Positions 28,699-40,100 of a stretch of 64,000 bases of DNA are shown piece after piece; the first letter of the stretch is position 1; every line of letters begins with the position of its first letter. The position numbers and the translations under genes were made by a program. A model generated the notes under the pieces. It saw only the letters and a program-made list of their open reading frames with translations. It was not told the origin of the DNA and did not search any database. The stretch lies in NCBI GenBank assembly GCA_977017575.1, contig CDRNVI010000053.1:620001-684000 (forward strand), read 5' to 3'. Source of the DNA: Paramoeba atlantica (Eukaryota; Protista; Discosea).

Positions 28699-30396
28699 AT
28701 GAAAGGTAAGAAACGAAAAGTACAGGATTTTTCTATTAAAAGGCGTGACGTTGCTCGACGCAAAGCGCAGCGTAGTGTACAGTGCTTCGACGAAAGATCT
28801 CAACGCCAGGCACCTCGAAGATCAGAAATGCTCAATAAATGGAGCAACACTAGTACCCGCTCTTCGCGTTTTCGGTTAAACTCGGCTTCTTTTGAAACAA
28901 CTGATCATTCTGAGGGCAGCCTTCTTGGGCAAAGTTCAGAGCTACAAGACATGCTCCATATTGCGACGGGTCAGAAGCCTCTTGATGAAAATGTCAAAGA
29001 TGTTCGAAGCGTACAAGACTATCAAAATAGACGAAAGAAAAAGCAACAAGATCGAAAGCGAGTAGAGCGAGAAATACACTCCCTTGATCAAGAATGGGAG
29101 CAACTAGCTCCTCTGATGATGCGCAATGAAGAAAAGCACTCGGCTAAACAAACAACATCGGAACATGACAGTGTAGTGCGTAATTTATCCATCGGATCAT
29201 CTAACTTGCCTATTAAGAAGAAAGCGATTTACAGTACATCATACAAAAAACCAACTTCCGCTCAGCAACAATGCCCGCAAAATGAATTACGCGAACAATT
29301 ATTCTGCAAAAACAAGATTCCATCTGAGGAAACTTGCATAGCATATCACACTTTTGTCTCTGGCGTTTTGCAAAGTGCTGCTAGAGTCGAAAAAGACAGC
29401 ATCTCTGAGTCTTACTTTAAAAATGGGGCAAAACTTTTGTCGGAATTTTCTTCTGATGCAGACCTTGCACTACAGCAGCGTAGCGTAGTTATTATACGCG
29501 TATTAGCAAGAGATTGTTTCCCTTTGCGTGCAGCTTGTGTCATAGTTAGTCTAAACATGCTGAATCAAATAAATCAACGTTTTCTACCTTATTCCGCTTC
29601 AATGTGTTCAAATGGCGCCCTGTGCGAGCGCTGTTTCAAGTTGGTTGTATGTAGCCCACAGTACCTAGAATATATGAGAGTTGGACTTCTTTATTGCTCT
29701 CTCTTGCGTCATCTCTATGTGATAGCACTCCAAGAATTTGACGCATTGCTTCCTTTAACACATCATGATGCACTGAGCCATACATCTCCGCTTTGGTCAT
29801 CTCAAAGCATTTCGGAGCCCCTGGTATTCTTGCGCACGTTCTTCATGGCAACTCAATTGTGTGAACAAGCAGAAGGAGGGTATTACAAGAATCAAGAGTG
29901 TGACTTACAATTTCTCTCGCACAAAGGTATTTTTTTGTCTTTTCGTACCTTGGGGCACTCCTTAAATGAGTTCTTTCTTGGAAAAACTGCTTCAGTCTCG
30001 GAAAATCTTTCGAATGCACAGATCGATATGACTTCACACTTACCACATGTATGTACGTCGATTGAAGGAGAGTCCAATTTAAGCTTCATGATCCAACGCC
30101 CCCAAGCACTGGTACAGTATGCTCCTCGCACACAATTCTGTGAAGAATTTGGTTTGAATGAGTCCTGCGAAAAGAGTAAGAAAAAGAGGCTGCGTAAAGG
30201 TATGAAACGGTATCGTCAGGAGCATCGCGTATTAGCGCACCTTACACGAACGACCTACGAGGAGAAACGTCAAATCGAGGAGGATAACCGAGATAAAAAA
30301 TACAAGGAGATTCTTTCTGAGCTTCAACAACAGCAGCATGTACTAAAAACTATCGACTTGCACAAAGCTCTGGCCAAAAAGAAAAAGAATAAATAG
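28699..30396 (+). CDS. NOP14: Nucleolar protein 14 (duplicate)
   Basis: Identical translation to 2815-4512. Confidence 0.7.
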   Translation: MKGKKRKVQDFSIKRRDVARRKAQRSVQCFDERSQRQAPRRSEMLNKWSNTSTRSSRFRLNSASFETTDHSEGSLLGQSSELQDMLHIATGQKPLDENVKDVRSVQDYQNRRKKKQQDRKRVEREIHSLDQEWEQLAPLMMRNEEKHSAKQTTSEHDSVVRNLSIGSSNLPIKKKAIYSTSYKKPTSAQQQCPQNELREQLFCKNKIPSEETCIAYHTFVSGVLQSAARVEKDSISESYFKNGAKLLSEFSSDADLALQQRSVVIIRVLARDCFPLRAACVIVSLNMLNQINQRFLPYSASMCSNGALCERCFKLVVCSPQYLEYMRVGLLYCSLLRHLYVIALQEFDALLPLTHHDALSHTSPLWSSQSISEPLVFLRTFFMATQLCEQAEGGYYKNQECDLQFLSHKGIFLSFRTLGHSLNEFFLGKTASVSENLSNAQIDMTSHLPHVCTSIEGESNLSFMIQRPQALVQYAPRTQFCEEFGLNESCEKSKKKRLRKGMKRYRQEHRVLAHLTRTTYEEKRQIEEDNRDKKYKEILSELQQQQHVLKTIDLHKALAKKKKNK

Positions 30397-30726
30397 TAAT
30401 TCGGTTTTTTTTCTTTGAGACTAGTGATGCGGATTCAAATGGTCGGCGAATGCATCGATCGCCTGGGCTCATGAAGAGGGAAATGTGACATTTCAAATGT
30501 CTTTCATGCAATTTTATGGCTATAATGGCGAAACTAATTTTCTTGTTGGGGGTATCTAAGGCTTGTGAATGCCGTCGAATGTACTCACAAAAAATCACCC
30601 TATAAATTAACATGTAAGCTGCTCGGTTCCTCTTTATATCACAATTGAAATTACCGCTATGGCTTCTTACTGATCCCTCTATTTTTTTACTGGCCTTCCT
30701 ATAAGAATTTTGAAATACTGCTATCA

Positions 30727-33700
30727 ATGGTTTCCGTTCATTCATACAATGAGACTGAAAAGTCACACTTTGAGGAACTTGAAGCAGCCACACAATTGTG
30801 TGAGTGCTATGACTCATATGCGGAAGATTGCAATCCCACTTCTGACAATTGGAAAGAGGCTGTGTCTAGTGCAATACGCCTTCACAATATTCTTGATTCC
30901 TATCTAGAGTTTCCTACCTTAATTATTCCTCATTTGGACTCTTTGTTAAACCCTTTAATTAGTTCTTTAGAAAAAACTTGCTTATTTCGGGAAACATTGA
31001 GTTCGTCCGTGCAATTTACGCAAAACGATGTCCTTGATCTTCATGAAATGCCGGAGGTTCAGCGCCCTGTAAGTACTGGAATTCATTGTCAAAGTATTGT
31101 TTCAGGATTTGATGTAGATCGGATTCGATCCATGGAACATCTAATTTCCTACCTGTTATATTCTCATGTACGAATCGTGGGACTTAAACACGTAATTACA
31201 CGCTTCCCACACTCTACAGCAAATCTTTTACCCGTGTACTCGGCCTTACAAAGGTGGACAAGGACAACTCAAAACTGGTCAGATTGGGAAATTTCATTCG
31301 TTCTTCTTTTGTGGCTTTCTAATGTAATAACCACGCCTTTCCCTCTTGAAAGCTTTCAAGATAATATAGTTCATCATTTGGTTCATATTGGCGAAACATT
31401 TCTTGCTCAACCCGGTCGACTTCAAGAGGCTGCTGTGTGTTTTTTATCAGCCATAACATGTAGACCAGATGCAATAACTGAGTGTGGTTCTGTAGTAAAC
31501 TCTTTATGCACTCAAATTCTTCGAATGGATGAACCTAGTGCGAATTTGCTTGTATATCAAACAGGCGCTTTGCGCTTACTCAGTTCTTTGTGTAAGAAAT
31601 TATGTCGCAATGGCATTGCCCGGCATATTCCACTGCTTTGGAAAACTATATCATGCATTATTGAACAGAGGGGAGTCAAGTTTTCGTTTTACAAAGGAGA
31701 AGTAAAGCTGGTTCAACGCGTTGTTCTCTTACATAGACCGGAAAATTCACTCACACACAACGATTGCTACATGAACACACAAAACGAAATCACTGAGTTC
31801 GGGAAAACCTCTGGAAATTCTAATACCTTTCGCAACATTCTCGATCAAGATGTTGAGAAGGGTGTTAACTATCTTATACGTGCACTTTGCTGTCGAGATA
31901 CTGCAATCAGATGGAGCGCAGCCAAGGGCTTATCGTCGATTGCTTGTAGATTTTCAACTTTAATCTCGCGAGAAATACTAAGAGCTTGCACTGATTTATT
32001 AGAAGACAAAGAAAATGATGTTGCTTGGCATGGCGTTTTCTTAGCCTTATCTGAATGTATCAGAAAGGGTTGCTTTGAGCCCGGAGACATTAAGGAACTC
32101 CTTTCTTATTTCCGTTTTGCGTTGTCATATGACATTCCTCGTGGCGCTCATAGCGTAGGAACTCATGTTCGTGATGCCGCATGCTACTGGTTTTGGTGTG
32201 TAAGTCGTACAATATCGTCTTCTGCTCTACACCAAATTCTCGCCAGCGTTGCTCCTGACATATTGTTCCGGTCCTGCTATGACAGAGAGGTTAAAGTCCG
32301 ACGCGCAGCAGCAGCCGCGTTTCAGGAAGCTGTAGGTCGCACTACGGAGTTTCCACTTGGAATAGAAATGATAACTATGTCTAATTTTTTCACAGTGGCC
32401 CGTCGCAGTGATGCTTTTCTTGATGTTGCACCAAAGCTGGCCTCATTGTCCGCAGAACTGGGCCTTCATTTCTTGTCCCAATTGATTCAAAAGAGCATTG
32501 GTCACTGGGATATAGAGTTTCGAGAACTTGCTGCCAAAGGTATAGGGGTACTCGGAAACATTTACAGGGAAATGATCACAGCACAGTTTCCGCTACTATT
32601 GGAAAAATGTAGTAATCCGAATGCCTCTACTAAACATGGTGCACTCATGGCTCTTAGCTGTGTCATATCTTCGGAAGTCTTTTCAGAAGCAGCACTCAAT
32701 GAAGTAGCGTACTCCTCTAATAAAATAACTGAGCCGGTTCTTGGTCATTTAAATATTTCTGATACCCTTACTATGCAAATTGGACATTTAGTACCACAGT
32801 TACAGAAAAGTCATTCGTTTCGCAGTCGCCACGGCGAGCTGGTACGTATTGCCTCATGTGAGCTCGTAAAAAGTATCGCCTGTTCTAAATTACTCTTAAC
32901 TCACATAGCATTTCTTAGGCCTCACTCAGGAACGAACCTGACCCTAGAAGTTCAAATTACGAAATCTTATCTGAATTTTCTGGAGGATTGTGCAACCCAC
33001 CTGCTGGAAAGTGTCCGAAGTGCAGGAGCAGTCGCATTATACAACTTTCTTATGATATACTGTCCATACATTAACTTAAAAGAATTAGTAGCTTGGGTGG
33101 ATCGAATATTGGAGAAAAAGATCGCACAGTTACCAGTAAATGAGAGACGTGGTGTTTGTCATATTGTGGGCTCTCTCCCTTATGCCATGTTGCAGATTGA
33201 AAATACAGTTGAAAAAATTATTAGTTCTCTTTGTATTGCGGCGAAAATAGAACGCGATATTGCACTTCGCGATCCAGAAACAAGACAAGCAGGCATACAG
33301 GCCTTAGGTAATATTGCTAAAAGTAGCTTCTCTCTCGTCCTGAAAGGCGGACTATTAGAACCGATTTTTACGACCCTAACGGCGTCTATTCAAGACTATT
33401 CAGTGGATCGCCGTGGAGACATCGGTTCCAATATACGTCGAGCTTCAATAAAATCAGGTGGTAAAATCTTAAGTGCGCTTCTTTATCAGGAAAAGGTATC
33501 TGATCAGGTTTACCGCGAGACTTCAAAAGTGTTTTTATGGTATACACAAAGTTGTTTACTCATGTGTCACGAAAAATTGGATCGGCTTCGAGAATTTGCA
33601 GCGAACTCCTTTTTTACTTTGTTAGAAGACCTTTCAAAGCGATACCAAATCAGATATCTTTCACTTTTTAAAGAAAACGATCTTCGCGTGACTTCCGTAG

Positions 33701-34509
33701 ATACAATGCGTCGAGATATACTACAGCATTCTTTGTGTAATGGAAGCGCTGATTGGTCTTCACCAAAGCTTTTCGACATATTTCTTTCACAATCACTTCC
33801 AGAGGATAAATGGCGCATTCACGTTCTGCGAGGCCTAGTGACTAGCCTCAACACCTGTGACATGCACGTGTCTCAGCCAGCAAGAGAAGCTCTCATGCAG
33901 TACATAAATACCTCTGCATCTCACACCTTTCAAGTGTGCGACTCTCTCATGCAGATTTTAAATGACGAATCGGCACCATGGCGCATCATACTACCTTTAT
34001 GCAGAACTTTTGCGTTCCTTCTGGAAAATGGAAAACTGCCAGAACAATATTTCTTATCTCTAGCGCATTGGATACGAGACAATATGAACTTAATTAGCTC
34101 CAATTATCACCGCCTAAATTCGTTCGTGGAGTTGGTTTCAGAACTCTCCGTTGTTCAAGAGAATGAAGTGACCCAGTTGTCATTGGCTATTGCTACATGT
34201 TGGATTACTCAAAGTAAATATCCGAAAATTCGTGGGAAGATGGCAGTCCATTTATTTAATTCTATTGTGGCGCAGAATGGCTTTGCAACACCTGACAGCA
34301 CGCTAGGCACATCGAGCAAAAATCACTCTAAGTTGGTTTCAATATTGACCTCTGAGTCATGGGATGATTCATTGTCCGAAATATATCTTTTGGATACGCG
34401 AAAACAGATGCAGATTTTACTGGGCACATCCCTTGAATGCACTAACGATATTTACGAGAGTTTTGGAAGGCTTGAAACGGATCAAAATCCTAGCAGAATG
34501 AGTATCTAA
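30727..34509 (+). CDS. TBCD: Tubulin-folding cofactor D (duplicate)
   Basis: Identical translation to 4843-8625. Confidence 0.95.
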   Translation: MVSVHSYNETEKSHFEELEAATQLCECYDSYAEDCNPTSDNWKEAVSSAIRLHNILDSYLEFPTLIIPHLDSLLNPLISSLEKTCLFRETLSSSVQFTQNDVLDLHEMPEVQRPVSTGIHCQSIVSGFDVDRIRSMEHLISYLLYSHVRIVGLKHVITRFPHSTANLLPVYSALQRWTRTTQNWSDWEISFVLLLWLSNVITTPFPLESFQDNIVHHLVHIGETFLAQPGRLQEAAVCFLSAITCRPDAITECGSVVNSLCTQILRMDEPSANLLVYQTGALRLLSSLCKKLCRNGIARHIPLLWKTISCIIEQRGVKFSFYKGEVKLVQRVVLLHRPENSLTHNDCYMNTQNEITEFGKTSGNSNTFRNILDQDVEKGVNYLIRALCCRDTAIRWSAAKGLSSIACRFSTLISREILRACTDLLEDKENDVAWHGVFLALSECIRKGCFEPGDIKELLSYFRFALSYDIPRGAHSVGTHVRDAACYWFWCVSRTISSSALHQILASVAPDILFRSCYDREVKVRRAAAAAFQEAVGRTTEFPLGIEMITMSNFFTVARRSDAFLDVAPKLASLSAELGLHFLSQLIQKSIGHWDIEFRELAAKGIGVLGNIYREMITAQFPLLLEKCSNPNASTKHGALMALSCVISSEVFSEAALNEVAYSSNKITEPVLGHLNISDTLTMQIGHLVPQLQKSHSFRSRHGELVRIASCELVKSIACSKLLLTHIAFLRPHSGTNLTLEVQITKSYLNFLEDCATHLLESVRSAGAVALYNFLMIYCPYINLKELVAWVDRILEKKIAQLPVNERRGVCHIVGSLPYAMLQIENTVEKIISSLCIAAKIERDIALRDPETRQAGIQALGNIAKSSFSLVLKGGLLEPIFTTLTASIQDYSVDRRGDIGSNIRRASIKSGGKILSALLYQEKVSDQVYRETSKVFLWYTQSCLLMCHEKLDRLREFAANSFFTLLEDLSKRYQIRYLSLFKENDLRVTSVDTMRRDILQHSLCNGSADWSSPKLFDIFLSQSLPEDKWRIHVLRGLVTSLNTCDMHVSQPAREALMQYINTSASHTFQVCDSLMQILNDESAPWRIILPLCRTFAFLLENGKLPEQYFLSLAHWIRDNMNLISSNYHRLNSFVELVSELSVVQENEVTQLSLAIATCWITQSKYPKIRGKMAVHLFNSIVAQNGFATPDSTLGTSSKNHSKLVSILTSESWDDSLSEIYLLDTRKQMQILLGTSLECTNDIYESFGRLETDQNPSRMSI

Positions 34510-34859
34510 ATGCGTGCTGCACGGCGGCAAACGTTGATCAATACCATGTTACATGATCATGTATCTAGAAATCGTAATAACCTTAAATCCTCTTGCCGAA
34601 CTTGCTCGACCAAGGCATGCGCTGGGTGTGGATTCCTATAAAATGTTGGCATGGGCTGTATCAAATCTATAAGGGTCTGCGGTTGGGTGTGGACCGAAGC
34701 CACACTAAAATTTTACCCGTAACCCCTCACATGCAGTAATGAAAATCATTATGTTGAACTAAAACTTGGTACACTTGTACTTGTATGTTCTCTATTACTT
34801 TCTGGGATCTAATTTATAAGAATGTGTCAGATTTTCTATTTTACGCGTCTTATTTATAC

Positions 34860-35831
34860 ATGTACGAAGACACAGACCTTGATCTGCTTGATCCAGTTCT
34901 TGGCTTTCCATCACAAAGCTCATTGTCCAGAGAGACACCTCGAATCCCTACTCGACCTTTTGAGGATGCCACATCTTACAGTTCATCATGTGCCTCACCT
35001 CCGGTCTCGGCTCGCACCTCCCGTAAAAGGGTTCAAACCTCAGAAGTTCTCAGTGCGAGCAGTGATTGGATACGGCAACGCAAACCAACCCCTGAGCTTT
35101 CCCTGCGAGCAGGCTACCTGAAACTCCTTCCCGAGGACCAATCTTCACCTCCACACCCGGAGGACTCGCTTACGCAAGTATCGGATTCCTGTGACCGAGT
35201 GGACTCCGAGACGGGGACAGTGCCAGACGAGCCTTCGCGCACTCCTTTTCACATCCTCGATTACCTCCCACAGTGTCCCAATCCCCACGCCACCCCTGTG
35301 ATCTACAACTCGATATGCTTTGCTCGGCTCCCGTGCAGCATTGACCTGAAGACACTTTGCTGCCGGTGTCGTAACGTGGACTACAACCCGACGGTGAGCT
35401 CCACCGCAGAGATGACACTCAGTGAGCCCCGTGCCAGTGTGTTTTGTCACGCCAACGGGACGCTGCGGGTTATGGGATGCCGCACCTCCGTGGCCGCCCG
35501 ACTCGCGGCAAAGCGAGCGGCTAAGATTATTCGTGAAGTCTTTCAGATCGAATTTCACGAATTCTCCTTTTCCCCCAGTAATTTAATGGCACAGGCGGAT
35601 ATTGGGGTCCCGATACGACTTGCGGAGCTCGCAGAGGCGCATCCCACTGCATGTATGTATGAGCCACTTATTTATTCAGGATGCGTTATGAAATTTGAGA
35701 ATGGGGTTAGGATATTATTGTATGTGACGGGAAAGATGGTGCTTACAGGGGCACGGGATATGGAGGAATTACGGCGCGCGTTTCGTGCATTCGTAACTTA
35801 TGTAGCTCCTTATGCAAAGAAGCTGTCCTGA
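34860..35831 (+). CDS. TBP-related factor, TRF4-like (duplicate)
   Basis: Identical translation to 8976-9947. Confidence 0.88.
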   Translation: MYEDTDLDLLDPVLGFPSQSSLSRETPRIPTRPFEDATSYSSSCASPPVSARTSRKRVQTSEVLSASSDWIRQRKPTPELSLRAGYLKLLPEDQSSPPHPEDSLTQVSDSCDRVDSETGTVPDEPSRTPFHILDYLPQCPNPHATPVIYNSICFARLPCSIDLKTLCCRCRNVDYNPTVSSTAEMTLSEPRASVFCHANGTLRVMGCRTSVAARLAAKRAAKIIREVFQIEFHEFSFSPSNLMAQADIGVPIRLAELAEAHPTACMYEPLIYSGCVMKFENGVRILLYVTGKMVLTGARDMEELRRAFRAFVTYVAPYAKKLS

Positions 35832-36167
35832 CATAATTCTAAGTTGCGCAAGATTCCCCGATTTACTACTTTTTAATAAGCAACGGCTGCTTTTTTCGCT
35901 CCAAAACATATGGCTAAAGCGCGGAGTAGCCACTAGAAAAAAAAGAAAGAATATTTTACGTGAAGCAAGAAGATAGTGGATAAAACATTCTTAGACGATG
36001 GAATTTAATCTGTATCTCAGATTGAGATTCTCGATAATCATATACCTGAGATTTACAGTGTATGTGGGCGTGTGTGTGTATGTGTAGACTACACAGTTCG
36101 TTCCATTACACGATAAAGATACACTTTATGTACCTTGTTGGTACTTTTTACTAGCTCTTCTTTCTCC

Positions 36168-36787
36168 CCGGAAACGGGTATGTATACTTTGCTCACACAT
36201 GCCCGTTTCCGGAACCCGCCTTCGCCGCCAAAGCTGTCCCTCTTTTTTTCGTTGGAGTAGGGGCCGCCTACTCGCACTCCCTGTGCAGCCGGTCATTCCC
36301 GGCCGAACACGCCCGCTAGGACGACGCCAGGAAGCTTAACCCCTTTCTGCAGTGAACTCCTGGTGCTCCGCCTTCCGGCTTTTCTCCCTTTCCGCCTCGC
36401 CTCTCCGGAAGGATACGCGCCTTGGGCCCTTAATACAGTAAGCTCGGGGCGTCGCCTGTCGCACTGCGCGCTTTCCCTCTTGACGGAACGTTCCTCTCTC
36501 TGCGGTCTGCGCCGATGACGGGTTTAACCGCCAAATTGTCGGATCCCCGCGAGCTCTGCGGGTATGCTGAACGGTTGGGGTCCGTTCCCTCTCCTTCCCC
36601 TACAGAGCGGCAGGCGAAACCCCCCGTCCGAACAACGACCCGTTAGTTTCGGGTCCCTAATGGCATTCCTCCATGGGATGTGGCCAGACGGTGTCTCTCT
36701 CCACGTTGTTTGGGTCTGCGTGTAGGCCCCCCGTAAGAAGACGCCGGTTTTTCTCTAGTCGTACGCCAAGCCAGGACGGCGTATTCC
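36168..36787 (+). ncRNA. Candidate large structured ncRNA (duplicate)
   Basis: Copy of 10284-10903. Confidence 0.6.
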
Positions 36788-37113
36788 TGTCAAGTAGTAA
36801 AACCTCGCAAGGTAACCTAAAACGTCAGGATGATTAAATGACACAGTGTAAAGGAATGAAGTCTTCAAAACAATTTGGTGGAATGTTCTGGTGGAATTTG
36901 TCTTAGAATTCTCTATTAGGTGAAAAAAGCTTCGTCCAGGGGCTTTTAAATGCTCTTTAATTAATTGCATTCATAATCTTTACATGCACATACATACATG
37001 TATGTATGTGTTATAATTACATAGATTTTAATATTTACGTAGATTTTTTTTGAAAATACTCATCAATACTCTGTACTCTACTGCTTTGACACTACTGTCT
37101 TAACTATGTTTCA

Positions 37114-40100
37114 ATGGATCCGGGTAACTTAATCTGCGAAGCAACCAGGACGTACGCAGCATGTGACGCGGCTGAAACGCAGCCTCCACCTTCTCAGGCT
37201 TATTCGGGTGTGGAATACACTGCTTCTAGGAATTGCAACTTATCACTTTCCTCCTCTGTTGATGAAGCGTCGCAGCAAGGGGGCAGAGCGTATTCTGGAG
37301 AATCTCACCCCAAGACATACACAATACCTGTGAATAAAATAAAGTCTTTTCTACTGCCTACACATGATCGTAAGCACAGTCATGTACTCACGTGCGGCAC
37401 GATATCACAGGAGCATTCTCTTTTCTGTTTGGACTGTGTTCAAGATATATTCTCATCTAGCAGCGCGAAGCATGATAAATATCGCTCTTATAAAAACAAG
37501 AATCTGGAATACGATCAGTCACTTCACCCGACTAATACTGAAGGAAGTATTATTTCATTGACTTACTTTGATCGCATTCTGCCTCGGCTTGATATTATCG
37601 CACAGCTACGAAGATTGCAGTCCTGTTTCATGGTATTTCAAAATGAAGCAGAATGGTTGCGAAGTTTTTGTCGGACATTTTTTTGGAGCTCTCCCGTCGA
37701 ACAATTTGACGACTATTATTATTCACAGCTTGCAGCATTTCTGGTGACTTTAGTTTCGGAAAACCCTTGTCTCACGATCTCTGATCTATTAAACCCCATA
37801 TCAAATCCTATTGCTGGAGAAACAAAAGATACAGTTCGAGTTTTATTGACAACCTCGCAGTTATTCCTGCTGCGGCACATGCTACAGAATACAAAAGAGT
37901 GGCTCTTGGAAGTGAAAAGTCATATCTTCTGCACTTATTCGATCTCTGGACTATGGAATTGTCTTCCTGACTGCCTATTGGGACAACGTTTATCTTCAAA
38001 ATATTTCTCAAATTTACCAGAACAATCAAAGTCTGCACCTCTGGTGCGAGTAGAATTCAGCAATGCTATTAGTAGCAAAGTTAATGAAGATTCGTGTAAT
38101 CGAATCGTACCAGAAGCGTTCATCATTTTAGAATTTTTACACTATTTGTTCGTTCGTGAGACCTCCCCTGGAGCACAAACATTATCTCTTGACCTTCGCC
38201 TTGCGCTGCGAAATGCTGGCTCAAATTTATGCTTTATACTACTTCAATCTCCTCAAAATGAGAAAACAGTGCAATGCTGCATTGACCTTATGCATTTTTT
38301 CCTGGAAATACTTACGAAGACTCGCGAAAATATGGAGCTCGAAATGACTCCATGCCACGAACAACTAAAATCACGTACTAGCGAACCACCAGAAAACGTT
38401 AACGCTGGTGCGCCTGAATGCCTCAATGAATCAAATCTTATTATGTTGGAGAGTAATGGAAAATGGCTTTTGAATTTGCTGCAAAACTATTTTGTAGACT
38501 TGCCTAAGTTGGTAGAAATGTTTTGTCTTACGTTGTTAGCTTCCAAGCTTGAAATACGTCGCGGTGCTCTGATTTTATTGTATCGTACGTGGAGTATCGC
38601 TGTTGATGCCTTTGAGTCGCAAAGTCGCAAAAATCCAGAAAATAGTTGCATGGTTTCGTCCATAAAATGGTACCATGATCTTAAGAAGACACTTTGTCAC
38701 GGTGCCTTGGGGGACTACTTGCTTGAAAGCTTGAGGCTTGTACCATCACTAACAAAGTGGGGCTGTAACCTTGATGCTCAAACATATGTATCTCATACAT
38801 GGTGCTATACACTGAATTCCATTATCGCATATCATCCTGAGGCGTTCTGTTCATATTACGGAATGAAAACTGTAGTTCTTAAAGCAGCGAATTCTATGCG
38901 CGATGGATTGCAGCATTCTTTTTCTGCCAATTATGTGCCTGTATTTCGTACATTGATAGATATTTTTTCTTTGCATCGAGTGATACCAGACTCAGCTACA
39001 GGCGTTCAATTCTCCTTACCTCAGAGCACTTGTCCATTAGAGGCATCTGTGTCGCACCTTTTGCCGGAAGTCGTACAACTAATGAAACCCCTGGTCGAGC
39101 ATGGTATCATATCCGGCCATGGTTCTGAATTTTTTATCTCTGTCTTTGAGCTTCTGCACGCAATATTATACTGTGTTCAAAAACAAGATGAAGCCGAATT
39201 ATTCTCCCAGATTCTCACACGCTTTCTAGAGTCAGCCACCTACGACTTTAAAAGTATAACAGAAAAGAATGAGATGCAAGCCATCTCCTTGCATAAGTAC
39301 GAAATTATAACTTTCCTCCTCCACGATTGTATTACACATCCGTGTATGTATGCTTTTCTAGAGCATTGCCTTCTCTGCAAGGCATTTTCAATAATACTTA
39401 ACGTGTTTTTGAATTTTGGGAAATTTTGGAGCGTTTGCAAAGAAGGCTTTCTTTCCAGCATACTGAGGCTTATTAGTTGGCATATTATGCCTCGTGCAAG
39501 AGGCCAGAAACTAACTTGTGTATGGCCATCAGACGACTATTATTTAAAAATGGACACATTTTGTTCAAAAATTCAGAACACTCCAGGTGTCCACAGCATG
39601 ATACTTAAAAGTCTTTTAGATCTACCTGGTTGCGCTATCCCTTCTCCGCATTGCGGAATTTGTGAGGATAATGCATGCGGCAAAAACTTTCTTCAACAAC
39701 TTATAGTGGAGATTCTGATCTTTTGCAAGTTTATTCTTCCGTGTGATGCAGATCAATACTTGTGCTTGCTTTGCTCACTCCCTTCGAAAGGAGGTGACAT
39801 CATGCTGCTTCTAAAAGCTCATTCCATATCGCCAAAGACTCAATATTTAATTCTCTGTCTTCTCTACGAGATCATGTGTGTAGATAGTTCTCCTTTCTGC
39901 CGCTCGCAAGCCATTCTTGAAACCAATCTACCGTGGGGATTGGAACATAAGCTCCTCTTTCGTGTCCTCGTACAATTAATGGAAGATCGTCATGAATCTC
40001 TAGAAAACGGAAGTTTTTTTCTACTGTCAAGTTGCATCCTAATTTTCCGCGATCTTGGATCTGATGAATCTTTTCATATTCCATTGATAGATGTACAGCT